64,000 nucleotides of DNA, taken from the NCBI GenBank assembly GCA_036172245.1, contig JAYWIR010000017.1, positions 3,348,001 through 3,412,000 on the forward strand, in the 5' to 3' direction. This DNA is from Raillietiella orientalis. Lineage: Eukaryota. The position numbers and the translations under genes were made by a program. How positions within the stretch are numbered: position 1 is the first letter of the stretch; every line of letters starts with the position of its first letter. Positions 11,826 through 23,280 of this stretch are shown here, one piece after another. The notes under the pieces are model-generated. The model saw only the letters and a list, made by a program, of their open reading frames with translations. It ran no database searches and had not been told where the DNA came from.

Positions 11826-12979
11826 CTGTTTCGCTGAGACGCGCAGGCGAGCAAGGAGCAAGGAACCCGCTGGGCAGCCTGCGGTTCGGCGCTTACCCGA
11901 GGTGGCGCCAGGCGCACCACGGCTCGTGCCACGCCTCAAGTGGCACCTCAGATACGGCTCCACAGGGGGGCGAGCACCTCTGGTTTCATCTCTCCCCCTC
12001 CTCTCCCCCTCCCCGTTCGACGAAGCGGGCAGTTTCGCCCGCCTGCTCAGCGGGCGTTGCCATGGAACCCGCGGAGGAAGCGGGAAAGAAGCGAGAGGAA
12101 GCCTGCCTGCTGCTAAGGAGGAGCCAGCGTCACAACGGTGCACCATCGCCATCGTCGCCGCGAGGGATCGTCTCTCATCTTTCCATCCACAGACTGTTGC
12201 TGCTGGTGCGGCTGATGCGGAAGAGGTAGGGTGCGCGCGACGGCCAGCTGCAGCGCGGGAGGAAAGAGGCGGAGATCGCAGGAGGCTGTGGCGGCAAAGC
12301 GAGCGCGCTGAGGATCCCGGTAGCGGGAGCAGCACGGGAGGAATGCGGCTGGAGTCTCAGTGAACGGCGAAGTGCGAAGAATGTTCCTACCTCGGAACGC
12401 GGGGAATAAACGGGGACAATCGGGCCCTTTCAGCAGCGGCCCCTGCGCCCCCTGTCGCCATTATTCGCGTTACTCGACCTCCATCAAGTCGCGAATCGCG
12501 CGGATCCGCCATCATAAAGGGGCGAGGAAGAGAAGCTCTGATTAAAAAGCGCACCGCGGAAGGATCGGTGACCCCTCTGGGTTTTTTTTTTCCTCCTTTT
12601 TTTATCCTGCTCTTTATCTTCCCGAGACAGGTGACAGGAACACAAAGGTGCAGACTTCGTCCAGCTTTTGTTCCCCCAGCGAAGAACCGCATCCTTCCCA
12701 GAGAAATTGATCCAATTCATCGGGAGCGGGGGGGAAACTCATCTCGCCGGATCGAGTCTTTTAATCGTGCCGGGGAAGAGGGAGAGCGTCTGCGGTCTCC
12801 TAGGTGAAATCCCCCTTCGGCCTACGAGCGCTACACGCGCAGGGTGGACCGGGGGAAGAAAGAAGTACGTATGAAGGTGCATGTGTTTGAGGGGGCGAAG
12901 AAGGCAGCGTAGCCGCCCTCTCCTTGAACAAGACCGCTCTTGAGTGCCCGAGCTTCCTCCTCCGCCACCACTCCTGATT

Positions 12980-13150
12980 CTTCCTCCTCCTCCTCCTCCT
13001 CCTCCTCTTCCTCTTCCTTTTTTCCTCTTCTTTCTTTTCTATGCCCCACATCCTCCTCCCTTCCTTTTTCTACTTATTCCTTTTCTTTTCTTCCTCCTCC
13101 CTTCCTCGCCCTGTGTCCCAACCATCACCACATATTTCCTCTTCCTCCTC
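12980..13150. repeat. (CCT)n / polypyrimidine low-complexity tract
   Basis: (CCT)n at ~12983-13016 within a C/T-dominated stretch of about 170 nt. Confidence 0.85.
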
Positions 13151-15530
13151 CCCTCACGCTTGCTGCTGCTGCTGCCTCCACGGAGAAGGCACTCGTGGGA
13201 GACGTGAAGACCAAGGAGAATAAGCGCTCGCCAGCAGGGGGAGGCGGCGACAACGTTGCCGGTCTAGTGATCTGGGAGCACTGGCTGGCGATCCCGGCAG
13301 AGACGTCTTCAGCGCACCCTCGGCATCACGCTCCCTCGTAGCCTCTTGCAGTGCGGTCTTCTGATCCCTAGATTCTGGGAAAAATGTCCATAGGAAGACC
13401 ACAGGGAAGGGCGCAGCCCGCCCTCGCGATGCGCACTGAAGCGAGGGGACCGCGCAGCGTTCCAGGCGGTCAGCAGGGGAGAAAGGGGAGGAGAGAAGAG
13501 GAATAAACGGAGAAGGGAGGAAGGGGGAGGAAGAACAAATAGGAAGAGAAGGGGATGCTGTGTCGAAACATTTGATTTGTCAGCGGCAGTCTCTGAGGAG
13601 TGACGCTTCCGGGTTCGCCACCAGGAAGCGTCACCTCACGCGCTAAAGAGGGAGAGAAAGGTGAAGAGGTCAGAGAGGAAGAGGGGTGATTCTCTTCCCG
13701 TTCGCAGGCATCCCGGGTGTCTGACGCATGAACATTGGGATGCGCGCAAGCGTTTCTCTTGCCAGGAGCTCAGGGCTGCTCCCGGAGGGGGAGAGGTACG
13801 GTCTGTCGAAGTCGTGCGACAAAGAGCGCGAAGACGAAACCTCTGGATCACCCGCGGCGTGCGCCCTTGAGTCGATCCGGCCACAACAGCCTGCGCAAAC
13901 GAACCTGCCATCCCTGTCCGGAGATCCCGGCTGTCCAGGAGGATCGAGAAGGACGAATGGATAACGATTCCGGCTCTCCTGTCCTGCCCTCCAGGGCTCG
14001 TGAGCGCCGACGGCTGTGCCGACAGGAACCGCTGCCAGGAGCATCCCCTCTGCCCTGCCTTCAGCTTCCTCGGACGCCGGTCTCGTCCGGACGACTCGAG
14101 AAGGAGGTTGACCGACGCCTCTCCCACACGCGAAGAGTAGCAACGGAGACTGCGCGTCCTGCTGTGCGGTTGCTTTTTCCCCCGGGGTAGTGACGAGTTG
14201 CCAGGGTCGCTGCCGTTCTCGGGCAAGTGTTCCACGACCCCGCCTCAGGTTGAGGAGACAGAGAGGACCTCCCTGGATCCCGTGGGGGTTTCGCCACAAC
14301 TCTAACGGAAGTGCGCGCAGCTCGCGATGGTACGCCATGCTGAGGGGTCTTCCTCCGGAGCTGACCAGCGTGAGTCCGGCAGGAGGACAACCCGCTCAAC
14401 TTTCCCGCGCGGTGCGGACGTGGTGGTGCGCCGCCACCAGCGCCACCAGAGGGAGGAAGAAAAAGGATCAGGAAGAAGGGGAGGGCGACTCCAGCTGCCT
14501 CAAACGGCGCAAAGGGCGCGTCGCACCATGGTCTCCTGCTCTTCCCAGATGCGGGAGCAAACAGAGGCGCGCGCGCCGAGCTGCCCAGGAACCTTCGATG
14601 GCGCTCCGCAAGGAGGCAGGCGTTTCTCGCGTTCACCCCCTTTTCCCCGCCTAGCTCGGGTCTCCTTCACCAGATGCCAAAGGTGAAAGAGCGCGTGGAG
14701 AGTCCTCACCCTCTGTGCCTTTTAATCCCCCACCCCTTCCCTTCCACTTCCTCCTACTCTCGAGGGAGATCCCGATTCCTCAGGAAGACACCTCGTCTCC
14801 GACTCCTTTCTGGTTGAGGCCAGCGGGGCGACTGCTGATTCCCGGAGGGAAGATGTTCCCTTCCTCCCTTAGCCAGGATTGACCTCCTCCCCTTTCCCTT
14901 CTGGGAGAGTTCGCGGAAGAGCGCGCGAGATGGCTAGCGCTGGGACGAGGGTGCTCTCTATCCATCACCACCTTCTGCCCGGTTTTCGCGCCCCCTGAGT
15001 GAGCCAACTCTGGTGCCAAGCTAACCACACGAAAGCCCGGCTACCAAGGTGGTCTTCGTCGGCACGGGTGCCGACGAGCGAGCAAGCGAGAGATTGGAGG
15101 TAGGGGAGGGGAGAGGCAGGGGGGCACGACTGCGAGCTGAGAACGTCGAGCCAGCCGGAGGGCGAGGCGGGGGCCTGCGCGCGCCCGCGACACGCACGCG
15201 ACCTCGAGGTGGCCGTCATCGCCACCACCGCCATCCTTCTCGTTTCGCGCGCCCTTCCCTTCCCGCAAGCGCCCTCCTTCTCCTCCGCCGTGGGCGCGAG
15301 CGCATTCCCGGCTCCCTCGTGCTGCCGATAAGACCCTCGGAACGGGGCGCCAAGTTCCAGCTCGGCACCTCCCGAGATCCGGGACAAAGGATGCAGGCGC
15401 GCGGACCCGAGGCGAATGATGCGGAAAATGCGACTCTCTTTCCTCCCCCTCCTTTCCTCTCTGCGTCTCTCTCCTGCGTGCGTGCGTGCGTGTGAGTGCG
15501 TGCGTGTGCGAGTGCGCGCGCGCGAGACGT

Positions 15531-15814
15531 GCCGCCGCCGCCGCCGCCGCTGCTGCTGCTGCTGCCCGAGGCTGTCCCGTAATTAGGGAACGTCGGCAGA
15601 ATCAGCGGAAAGCGCTGGAGCGCCCCCTTCTGCGAGGCAGGCGGGAGTTCTTGCTGGAGGAGGAAGGGGGGGAATCTGGATCTCTCCTGGAGGGGGAGGA
15701 GGGGAGGAAGGACGAGGAGGAGGAGGTGGAGGAGGAGGAAGACTTCTGCTGGGGATCGATCGACTCACTGCCGCCGCCGCCGCCGCCGCCGCTGCTGCTG
15801 CTGCTGCTGCTGCT
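15531..15814. repeat. Two compound (GCC)n(GCT)n trinucleotide repeats flanking a (GAG)-rich tract
   Basis: (GCC)6(GCT)5 at 15531-15563 and (GCC)7(GCT)8 at 15770-15814. Confidence 0.9.
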
Positions 15815-16695
15815 TCTTGGTCTTCCGCGTCGCTCGCCGTTGCCCAGTAACCCGCTCGGATCCCGGAAAGCGTGGCGCACGAAGCGTTCTCCGGGGATAG
15901 GCGCGATCTTGACTCGTCCCGGAAGAAGAGAGGGGACTTTTCCTCCCTCCGCCTCTCTCTGAGAGCGGTGAGGCCGGAAGATGGGTCGCACGTCTTCGGG
16001 AGTGCGTCCCGGGAGAGGCGCTGCCCGAAATGCGAGACGGAGGAGCGTCCGCAGGCTCCGGAAATGGAAAAGGGCCCAATGAACCCCCGTAGCACGGGTG
16101 GGGAGAAGGCGGACTCTGTATGTGTGCAGGCCCGCGGACTTTTTCGGTTCCTTCCTACGGACATCGTCCAGGACGAAGTCCGCAGTGAAGGAGGCGGGGA
16201 GAAAGGAGGATGGGGAGCGGCAGAATCAAAAATCCAACGAAGAAGAAGGGTCGCCAGCCGCGCGCTCATGCAGCAGCGGTAGACGACAGGGGGGCTCCCC
16301 CCTGATTTTGTCGGGATCACAGGAATCGCACCTGGGGCGAAACTCGGTTTCGCATTCCCGCCAGCATGAAAGGGAAAGCGCAGCTGCCGAGCGGCGCGGA
16401 GAACGCAGGAAGAAAAGGGTGGGGCAGGAGCGGTCCCTCCTTGCCCTGGGAAAAAGGCAGCGAGCCTTTCGAATCGCAACCGCCGCCGCGGTCACGGGCG
16501 ATTCCGGAAAGACCCGGTGCACCGGGAAGGCATCGTCTTCAGCGTGCGCACCGAAGACCGGCGGCATCTGCTGCTGCTGCTGCGTCGCCGTCGTCTGCTG
16601 CTGAGATTAAAAATCCGACACGGAGGAAAGTAGGAGAGCGAAACAAAAGAACAACAAAAAACAAAAAGAAAAAAAGAGAGAGAGGGGAATTTTTT

Positions 16696-16713
16696 TCTCT
16701 CTCTCTCTCTCTC
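16696..16713. repeat. (CT)n microsatellite
   Basis: Directly visible. Confidence 0.9.
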
Positions 16714-19700
16714 ACGTGGAAGCGGAGCCGAGACGTCGCCAACGAGAGTGCTCTCTCTGGGAAGTGCTCCATCCTGATTCTGCGAGCCTCCAATCAGGAA
16801 GATGAGGTTTCCTGCAGCGCCGAGCCGAGATTTAAAAGTTTCTCGAAGCAACCAAAGATGAAAACCCTGCCCATCTGTAGCTGGATTCCCATTGGCGTTC
16901 GAGAGAGGTGGAGTGGAGCAGATGTCTTCGACGTGAGTCTCCCAATTTCATTTTCACGAAGAGAAAAAAATATTTATTTATCTTTTTCTCTCTGCTTTTC
17001 GTTTTTGTTTTTATTTGTGTGTGCATGTGTGTATTTCTGTGTCACCTTGGAAACGTCCGAAGGAATCTGCGACCACGATTTGCTGGCGCCATCCAGCCTG
17101 CCTCATGCGGACGCGCGATCCTATCCTACCGTGACTTGACATAACGTTCGTGGGCCGTCGTTCTCTCCCCTTCCTCCCCTTCCCCGTGCCGGGAGGGAGG
17201 GAACGAAAGTGACTTCAGTCGCACCCTCGGCCCAAGCTCGCGGAGCAATGGGAAGAGAAATCCTGCAATGCCTCGGGTGCTTGGATGCAGCAGGATTTAA
17301 AGAGCACTGCGAAAGAGGCAGCAGTGGCAGCCGCGAAACGCACGCGCGTGCACACACGCGCGTGCGTGTGTTTTCGACGTACCTGCGCGAAAAAGGCAGG
17401 CACTCTGATTGCCAGAGTCAGATGTCGATGGGTAGTGCAGCCATCAGCTGGCTCCGGTGCGTTCCTGGAAAGTTTCAGAATTTCAATTCCACGGGGGACA
17501 GAACCCAACAAGACGACATCTCCGGGTCTCGCTCCCCGGGGGCAACAAAAGTCCTCTTCCGGAAGCAAAGGAAGAACAACGGAAGAACAAACTCGCCATG
17601 CCAACGAGGCTCTTGCCGACACATGAAAAGCGGGAATCGTACCCTCCAAGAAGAGATTTGTTTGCGGCGGATGACGAAAGTCTGACTTTGAGCAGCTAGG
17701 ATCATGATGAAATGGCACGTTGCACGGCCGTTCTGCCAGATTAACTGGTCGCTTTCTGCTGACTCTTCTGAACATCCTGAGGGATCTGTTGAAGCACTGA
17801 CGATTTTGAAACTTTTTGAGATCGAAAAATTAAAGGAATTTGAGATGAATGGGAGGAGAATAAGTTTTGCGCGACGGACGCCTCCTTGCTAAGGTCTCCG
17901 GATGCGATCCGAGCAACGTGAAGGACTCCCAACGAGCAGCAAAACTTTGTTTGCAGCCGCGAACAAACGCATCGCATCTTTTACGTTGAAGCAGCGATAC
18001 GTGTTAGCATGAAGATATGTTCCTCGTTCAAGAAGCAGGCTGATCCCTCTTAGGCTGAAATGGAACCCGAAGAACAAATGCGACTCAGGGAGAACCGAAC
18101 TTGCCTCAAGGATGAGTAAGGACGCTGTGAGAGCAATGAGAATCTCCTGAGTCCATAGATTTGCTGAGGTTCTTTTTTTCTTCTACATTCCAACAGGCAC
18201 GTTTTCATCAGTCTCAATGCCTCTGCGTAAAATCAAAGTGCTTGAGTCAGGCGGAGATGGAGGGTTCTGGGAGTCTCTTCCCATTCTGCCACCTTCCTTT
18301 TACAAAAACACTGAGCAGACAGCTGCCACCCATGCGGAATGGAGCGGAGTATCTGCCTTGAATGTTTTAGCGATGCTCTACAATGGAACGAGATGTCACA
18401 AAGCGAGGCATCAAGATCTTTCGGGTAGATTTCGGAAGAGCTTGCACAAAGGGAAGGCAGTTGGGTACTCTGAGTTGTGACAAGGATAGGAAGCGGAAAG
18501 ATTGGTCCTATGTTCTTGATAGCGTTCATAGTACGTCCACATGTGGATTGCATGGACGGCTGAAGGACTTCTAAAAGTCTCTTCGAAGATTCCACATCGA
18601 CTCCTCGAACTGTTCCAAGGCCAGTGGATGGCCAGTACACGGGGCGTAGGTGTGTAGCCCCCTTGCCCTCACACCTGCTCCCCGTGCACTTGGCCTTAGC
18701 TGAGCAAATGTGCAGAACGGGGAAGAGTGGTTCAAACATCAGCAAGGGTTCCATTCTCTCAGCAGCTTTCGGCATTTAGAATCTCCTGTCTCCTTTCCCA
18801 GTTGTACCACCATCGCTCCGCCTCACCCCAAAGAGATTCTTCTATTCCATCTTCTTCACATCCACTGTCCCGCATCATCACCGCTGTTGAAAATCCATTC
18901 GTAAACGTTCTTAAGCACCTGAGTGAGAGATTTTTTCTGACAGTAAATGGATGCACTGCTCCATCAGGGCACCACGGAGTAGTGGGAAAGCTCTGGAACT
19001 GTGTGAAATAAAGAGCGAGTGAGAGAGCGGTGGTCGCTGGTGGATGTGGTGGGTGGACACCCACCCCATCCGCACCACAATCATCACACCCTGGCCCAGG
19101 AGACCTTGTGATGGTTGAGTCTCAGCCAAAAGGACGGAACATGGGAATCAGCACTCTGGTGGAAGTGTGACGAATGACCTTGACGCAAGGATGCTGATTT
19201 CCATGCAAGACGACGTTCGGTGTTCAGAAGACACCAGTCTCTGAAAGGTGAAGAACCAGCCATAGAGTGGGTTTCCTCGTGACTAAGGAAGGATGATCTC
19301 ATTGATTGATTGGGCATTTTCTTCTTCTTCTTCTTCGAACGAATCAAAGATCTCCAGACTTTTAGAAAAGATCGAAAGAGATCTTGAGACTTTCGGAAGG
19401 AGGACAAGAGCCCTTGACAAGTTCGTGAATCTTCTGCAAATAAACGCCACATCTTCGCAATGCCCGCGTACGGAAATAGAAAGAATCAAAGTCTGCAGTC
19501 AACTCAGGATGTTCATAATATCTTCCTTCGTAAGAATCATCGTTGCAATCATCGTTGCATTACATCGGAATTTGGATGCATATTTTTGGCGCTGAACCTG
19601 AGAAAAGACGCATGCCGAGTGAGCTGCTCAGGAGCGAAGAACAAGAGTCTGGTTCCTTTGAGATCAGTAAGCTGCGCCAGTGTTTGCGAGGAAAGGCATC

Positions 19701-21949
19701 ATTGGACGCAGAGGTTCTCACTGGACCAAGGACCAAGAACGGGAAATCGAAGAGCGCTTTGCCGCCATCAAGGAAAGCTCGCGACACGACAAACCACCAT
19801 CTGGACAACAAAGCCTTGACAACACGATTCTGCTGAACACTGAAGTGCACATGTTAGTAGTATCCCGGTTTTTTTTTGTGTGTTTTTTCCTTTTCCGTTT
19901 TCCCTGCAAAGATGCCGAAGTCTCCAGCCCAGTTGTTCCTGGGACAACTTTCACCTCTGTGCAAGGGATGCCGGCGTTTTTTCCTGAATCCTACCGAGAT
20001 GGGAAAATATCTATAATTCACAATTCCTTTATTAAAGGTTCGCTTAGTGCAGTACGGGGGCATGACGAACACACTTTTCAAATATATCTCATTACGTCTC
20101 GGAGACTTATCTCTCCTTTCAGTTCTTCTACTTACAGGAAATCACGTTGTATTTTAATCGCTGGCGGGTTAGCGTTTGCATCTTAGTGCGACAGAGTGGT
20201 CCAAAGTGTTAAAGGGAATCGTTCCTGGCACGTGTTCCAGGACGTTTTGCTTTTTCCCATCGCGAAGCCGTTTACACATTCCGCGGCGCAGCAGCCCATG
20301 CTTTCCCGGAATTCATTACTAGAGCTCATGTCAGTTCCAGTAAAAACCACACCACTTTGGCGAGCTGTGATTACTACAACAGTATTCATTCTATTACGAA
20401 ACCGACCTTCGATTTCTACGTGACTGCGATCAAGAGATTTACGGCTAATGAAGTTTTGGCGGGATTTTTGCAAGAAACGTCGATAATGGCAAACGCAAAC
20501 AACTTCCAAGGAAAGAAAAAAGCTAGCAAAAATAAATAAAAATTGCCAAAAATTAACCTCGTAATTTGCGAAGATCTCCCCCCCTCTGCTTTTGGGCCCC
20601 GTGTTTCGCCTGGCTCACAAAGTGCCGATAATTGCGTCCGTTTCACGTTGGTGCAGCAAAGATCGGCGGTCGTGCTCTCGTTAAAGCTTTGCTGGTTTCC
20701 GAAATCTGTCCGTGCAGCCGGGCCAGAAAACTGTAAACAAAAATAAGGTTGGAGGTTTTTCCCCGCTCCTCTCCTCAGATCATGCCATCGTGCAGGATCG
20801 GATCTTCTAGAAAAAGTCGATACACGCTCGTTTTTTGGCGCTTAAAGTTAATTAACACGCGGACGAATTCAAAGGAAACTCTTCCCAGGGAATCCGTTAC
20901 CCTGCTTCACCTCTCTTAGGTACCGACCGCCGCAGGCTGCTTTTGGACAAGGGCGAACGCGAACGCTTTTCGCTGTACCGAAAAGAACTGCTCCATCCTT
21001 CCTCGTGGGTTACGCGGATCGTGGACCAGACTGCAAAGCTTTCCCCGTCCTGCTTTCTGCTGGTCCGTTTTCCATCCGTGCTAAGGAACGACCTAAGCAG
21101 AGTTGCTCGTTGCCGGTGGTTACGTGTTTATAGGGGTGCGGCGAACGGGGATTTTCGCGCTTGGATTCATCACTTGGTGCTTTGGTCAGAAAGTTCCTCC
21201 GGTGAGCAGTGACACTCGTGTCTCTCAGCTGGTGATATGCCTTAGATAAAGGATAACTCCAGCAGTGCTGTGAAAGTTTCGAATTAAGAGAATTAGCTTT
21301 CTCATAATTGCTGATCTAGTTGCGGAGGCTGGAATCTGCACCACGTCCTTGGAGTGCATTTTCCATTTTCCAAACCTCGAGAATTTTTGACGTTTCCAAG
21401 AAGGTTTGCTCGAGGAAACTTCATTGCTTTTATCAATATTAGATTAGATTATTTCGGTCCAAGAGCTTTCCATCCGTTCTCTGCTCAAGTCCCATGTTTC
21501 AAAGACCTCTTTTTCTGGGCGGGAAAGGAAAAAAAAAAAAAAAAGTCTGCTTCATTCTCTGCTGTTTATTTTTTCTTCCCATCACGAGATCATTTCTCTT
21601 AAACGATTCTTCCCGAGATGGTCTCAACTTTATATTCATTAATCAAACCGGATCGTAAAAATCTTGTTTATTTGATTTCTTTGTTTGTTTTCCTCTTCCA
21701 GCTTAAAGATTGTCTTTCAAATTGGTCTTTGAAACTTTGAAGTGCTCTTTTTCTCTTCTTCCAGCATCAAAAGTTCTGTCATTGTAAAACATACTTCGGT
21801 GACTCGAAGAAAAACGAATCACTGTAACAAATCTTATCTTATTGGTACCTCAGACTGTTGGCATCAATCTTTTCGGAAATTTAAGTGAGACTCCTTCATT
21901 CAAATGCAAATAATTAGACTTTCTGGGAACGTTAAGGAATTCTACGTCC

Positions 21950-23280
21950 GCTTTCAGAAGTCCCTCAGTTTTGTTTGAATGAACCGAACGGGCACCATCA
22001 GCCTGGTTGCAGTCTGATCCCTTTTCATCGGGGAATGCTCCGATTTTTCTTTTGGCACCTTCGTCGATGAGGGCCGTTCCATTCCATGGAATCTTCCAGT
22101 CCACTTTCGATTGCTTTCCCTGCTCAATTTTCTGCTTGCAGACGTTCTCTCGAGCCACCGACGCGAACTCGAGAGCAGAAATCTAAGGTTCGACACTGAC
22201 GTGAATTCTTGAAGCGAATGGAGCCGTTTTCTTTCAATTCTACAACTAATTATCCACCAGTCAGATGTGGATCCCACAATTAGAACTTTCGGTGCCCTGT
22301 GGCATCTCGTTCTTAGAGGCCTTGAGCGTTTTGCTTGTTGTACTCCGTCTTGCCTGCTTTGATTCCACATTACATGCTAATAATGAGATTCTTATGAGCA
22401 TTTCCTCTTGCATTGCTCTGTCAGGGGTTTTAAAGTTTCACCCCAAACGCGAAACTGTTCTCAGGTAGTTCCCAGCAAATGCAACTCCTTCTTTAAGGTC
22501 AGATCTTCAGCCTAAATTATTACCCATCCGCAACTCATGTTTTAAGAATGGCTTTCTCCAATCTTTTCAATCCTCCGAGTCACTCTTGTAGTGATCTGTT
22601 GAGATAAGTGGACAAAGCTCCTCGTCCATTTCCCTACGATGGAGCGGAATTCAGTTTCAAGGGCTTCACAGACGAGGTCTCCAACGTTACGGATCTTTGG
22701 AATCTCGATAAGTTACTTTTCCTCCAATCTATCTTAATTCCATCCTGAATCTTGAGGTGGAAGAGACACCGTGAGGAACTCTTTGAGGATTAGAAGTGAC
22801 CCAGAGTACTAGTATACAGATGGTTTTCCGACGTAAAATTCGCCACACAAAAAGTCACTGCTCGTGTTTTCTGAGGACACTCCATAAAAAGTTGGATTTC
22901 ACATACACGGGGACTTCCAGGCTGGAGGCTGTGTGGAACACTGACTGAAGCTGAAAACATCGATTTCGCGTCTTCGGTGCGTCTAGACAAACCTTGCCGC
23001 TGTCCCAGGTTCCTTCATCCAGCCCGAATTCATCCAATTCCAAACCTGCAAAACGAAATTTTCTGCAACTGACGCTGTTGTTTCCAGCTGGAGCTTTTTC
23101 TCAACACGGGGAAATTTGATGCATTTTCAAGCCGCGGTTTTCCATTTCTGTTTGATGTTCGTTTGATGAAACAACCACTAAATATACGGCTGCACATTGA
23201 ATAGAGTTGCATCCTTCCAGTGCATTTCCTGTAAGCTTTCCTCAACTTGCGTACGAACTATTTTACTTGATAGGCATCTC
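21950..23280 (-). mobile_element. Decayed RTE-like LINE, reverse transcriptase to C-terminus
   Basis: Collinear eroded motifs across frameshifts: LYSMCSRIFSG..LENASNFPVL (cf. LCNKIW...CSNYRGISL), QRQGLSRR..CFQLQSVF (QxGFR..IFTLRQI), FLLSSSRRW (LLYGSETW) and WKIPWNGTALIDE (ILKIPW...NEE). Confidence 0.45.

Larger units (their letters stand above)
4100..17450. other. GC/CpG-rich, low-complexity non-coding domain downstream of vvl (3' UTR plus presumed cis-regulatory region)
   Basis: Dense CG and GCGC content, alternating polypurine and polypyrimidine tracts, and many long ORFs on all six frames with only R/G/P/A/S-rich low-complexity products. I recognise no protein domain or transposon motif here. 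Confidence 0.6.

Noticed and set aside
4056..17139. Many long ORFs (for example 4056-5327, 4736-6142, 6486-8309, 7181-8464, 9024-10211)
   Set aside because: They overlap on all six frames, are R/G/P/A/S low-complexity, run through homopolymers and microsatellites and have no domains. This is expected from stop-codon scarcity in GC-rich DNA.
18230..19850. Coding-looking stretches (FIVRPHVDC; KLRQCLRGKASLDAEVL; HWTKDQEREIEERF)
   Set aside because: Single short resemblances to LINE or Bel/Pao motifs without a collinear series. Probably transposon debris but not assignable.
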